From: an uncultured Acidobacteriota bacterium
GTDB lineage: Bacteria > Acidobacteriota > Thermoanaerobaculia > UBA5066 > Gp7-AA6
Reading direction: 5' to 3'
NCBI GenBank assembly: GCA_963739435.1
Contig: CAVUAN010000019.1
Location: 111,213 to 175,212, forward strand
DNA: 64,000 nt
Part shown: positions 61,820 to 64,000 of the stretch, one piece after another
How the letters are laid out: each line of letters opens with the position of its first letter
How positions within the stretch are numbered: the first letter of the stretch is position 1
Program-made: the position numbers and the translations under genes
Notes under the pieces: model-generated
Told to the model about the DNA's origin: nothing
The model's input: the letters and a program-made list of their open reading frames with translations, nothing else
Databases searched by the model: none

Positions 61820-62686
61820 ATGGAACTTCGCCATCTTCGATACTTCGTCGCGGTTGCCGAAGAGCTTCATTTCGGCCATGCGGCGAGCCGGCTGAACACC
61901 TCTCAGCCGTCTCTGAGCCAGCAGATTCGAGACCTCGAGCGCGAGCTCAAGGTGGATCTCTTTCTTCGAACCAAGCGGCGCGTCGCGTTGACCCCGGCGG
62001 GTTTGCGATTCCTCGAGGAGGCGCGCGGCATTCTCTCCTCGGCGGAACGCGCCGCAGGCCTGGCCAGGGAAGCGGCTCGGGGCGAATCTCTCAAGCTGGC
62101 CATTGGCATCTCCCCGGAGACCGACTGGCTCTTTCTCGGAAAGGCTCTGCGACTCTTCGCCGACCAGGCCCCTTCAGTCGACGTCGTCTTCCAGAACCTG
62201 ACGCCAGATGCCCAGATCCATGCCCTCCGTGCAGGTCATATCGACGTCGGATTCGTCGGCCTTCCGTTGGAGTCGGAGGGCATGGTCACCGAAACGACGG
62301 GCCGGGCGCGACTCGTGGTCGCCCTTCCCGAAAAGCACCCCCTGGCGCGCCGGAAGGACCTCCGGCTCGAGGAGCTGTCGAAGGAAGCGTACGTGCTCTG
62401 GCCGAGGCACCTTTCGCCCGGTTCGTACGACGAGCTGCTCTCCGTCTTTCGGCGGGCCGGTTTTGGGCCGCCGATCGCCATGGAGGGCGGGCTTCCATCG
62501 ACCCGAACCGTTCTGGGCATGGTCGCGGCCGGTTTGACGATCGCTCTCGTCGATCCGGCCCTGGAGCAGATGTCCGCAGCGGCAGTCGTCTTTCGTCCCC
62601 TGGCGGGCGGCGGCACATTCACACTGAAGGGGGGTCATCTACCGGCGCGCCGACGACTCGCCGATCCTCGCGTCCTTCCTTCATGA
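61820..62686 (+). CDS. LysR-family transcriptional regulator.
   Basis: MELRHLRYFVAVAEELHFGHAASRLNTSQPSLSQQIRDLERELKVDLFLRTKRRVALTPAG. Confidence 0.85.
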   Translation: MELRHLRYFVAVAEELHFGHAASRLNTSQPSLSQQIRDLERELKVDLFLRTKRRVALTPAGLRFLEEARGILSSAERAAGLAREAARGESLKLAIGISPETDWLFLGKALRLFADQAPSVDVVFQNLTPDAQIHALRAGHIDVGFVGLPLESEGMVTETTGRARLVVALPEKHPLARRKDLRLEELSKEAYVLWPRHLSPGSYDELLSVFRRAGFGPPIAMEGGLPSTRTVLGMVAAGLTIALVDPALEQMSAAAVVFRPLAGGGTFTLKGGHLPARRRLADPRVLPS

Positions 62687-62857
62687 GGTGAGGGCCACAC
62701 CGCACGAGCGCACGGAAACGGAGCCCGTAGCTAAGAAGCGGCCCGCAGCAAAGAAAAGGAAGGGAAGGCCGCGCCGAAAAGAGCGGCGCAGCCCCGGGCG
62801 TGGGAGAAGGTCGGCGGGTTAGCTCGTCGAAGCGTACTCCTGCAGCCGAAGCGCTGG

Positions 62858-62898
62858 TGATCGTTTGATGTTCTCAGTCTGAGAGGATCAAACGATGA
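62858..62898 (+). promoter_or_regulatory. Extended palindrome/hairpin in the leader of the lmo0937-family gene.
   Basis: ATCGTTTGAT-g-TTCTCAG-t-CTGAGAG-g-ATCAAACGAT. A 10-bp perfect outer stem plus a 6-bp inner stem, located 53 nt upstream of the start codon. Confidence 0.45.
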
Positions 62899-62950
62899 GT
62901 GATCACAAGCCGCGCGCGGTACGCTTTCCGGAGAAAGACAGAGGAGGATT

Positions 62951-63101
62951 CCATGCTCTACACGATCGCGATTGTTCTACTCGTTCTCTGGGCTCTCGGA
63001 TTTCTGGCCTTCAACATCACCGGCGGCTTGATTCACGCGCTGGTCGTGCTGGCCGTGATTCTCGTGCTTTTCCAGCTGATCTCCGGTAGCCGCCGTATCG
63101 C

Positions 63102-63105
<4 letters not shown>
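62951..63105 (+). CDS. lmo0937-family small membrane protein.
   Basis: MLYTIAIVLLVLWALGFLAFNITGGLIHALVVLAVILVLFQLISGSRRIA (50 aa). RBS GGAGGA. Confidence 0.6.

Positions 63106-64000
<895 letters not shown>

Overview
High-GC (~68%) bacterial chromosome segment, most likely from an Acidobacteriota genome of the Solibacter type. The inference rests on the gene content: serial Ser/Thr kinases fused to TolB/PD40 beta-propellers, many TAT- or Sec-secreted proteins, and DinB_2, cupin and DUF885 families. No rRNA, tRNA, CRISPR array, transposase or integrase was recognised.

The first 18 kb is a tandem array of six paralogous Ser/Thr kinase-beta-propeller genes, all on the minus strand, in two tightly coupled operons. 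One operon also carries an RsbW-like anti-sigma-factor kinase and a DDAH-like amidinotransferase. The rest of the window holds:
- housekeeping and stress genes: RluA, QueD, ArfB, an Atl alkyltransferase-like protein, DinB_2 x2, cupins x3, a DsbA-like protein, a YeaQ/GlsB protein;
- a threonine-to-glycine cassette (tdh-kbl) with a class II aldolase;
- an OPT transporter;
- three TAT-exported enzymes: asparaginase, amidase, and a HisC-like aminotransferase;
- an ABC-2 exporter;
- a P450;
- HEAT/ANK and PDZ/Sel1 repeat proteins;
- a membrane-domain-spermidine-synthase fusion;
- Crp/Fnr and LysR regulators;
- a very large secreted BNR/Ycf48-like beta-propeller protein with a duplicated Cys-bounded C-terminal domain.

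The most system-like unexplained locus is a four-gene unit at 30.2-34.5 kb: secreted cupredoxin + Cache/HAMP receptor Ser/Thr kinase + outer-membrane beta-barrel + Asp-to-Glu pseudo-receiver.

About 20 genes are interrupted by single-base frameshifts at homopolymers. The density and context look more like consensus or assembly indels than real pseudogenisation, so frameshifted genes are reported with their reconstructed spans. Long antisense ORFs in the ORF track are GC artefacts.
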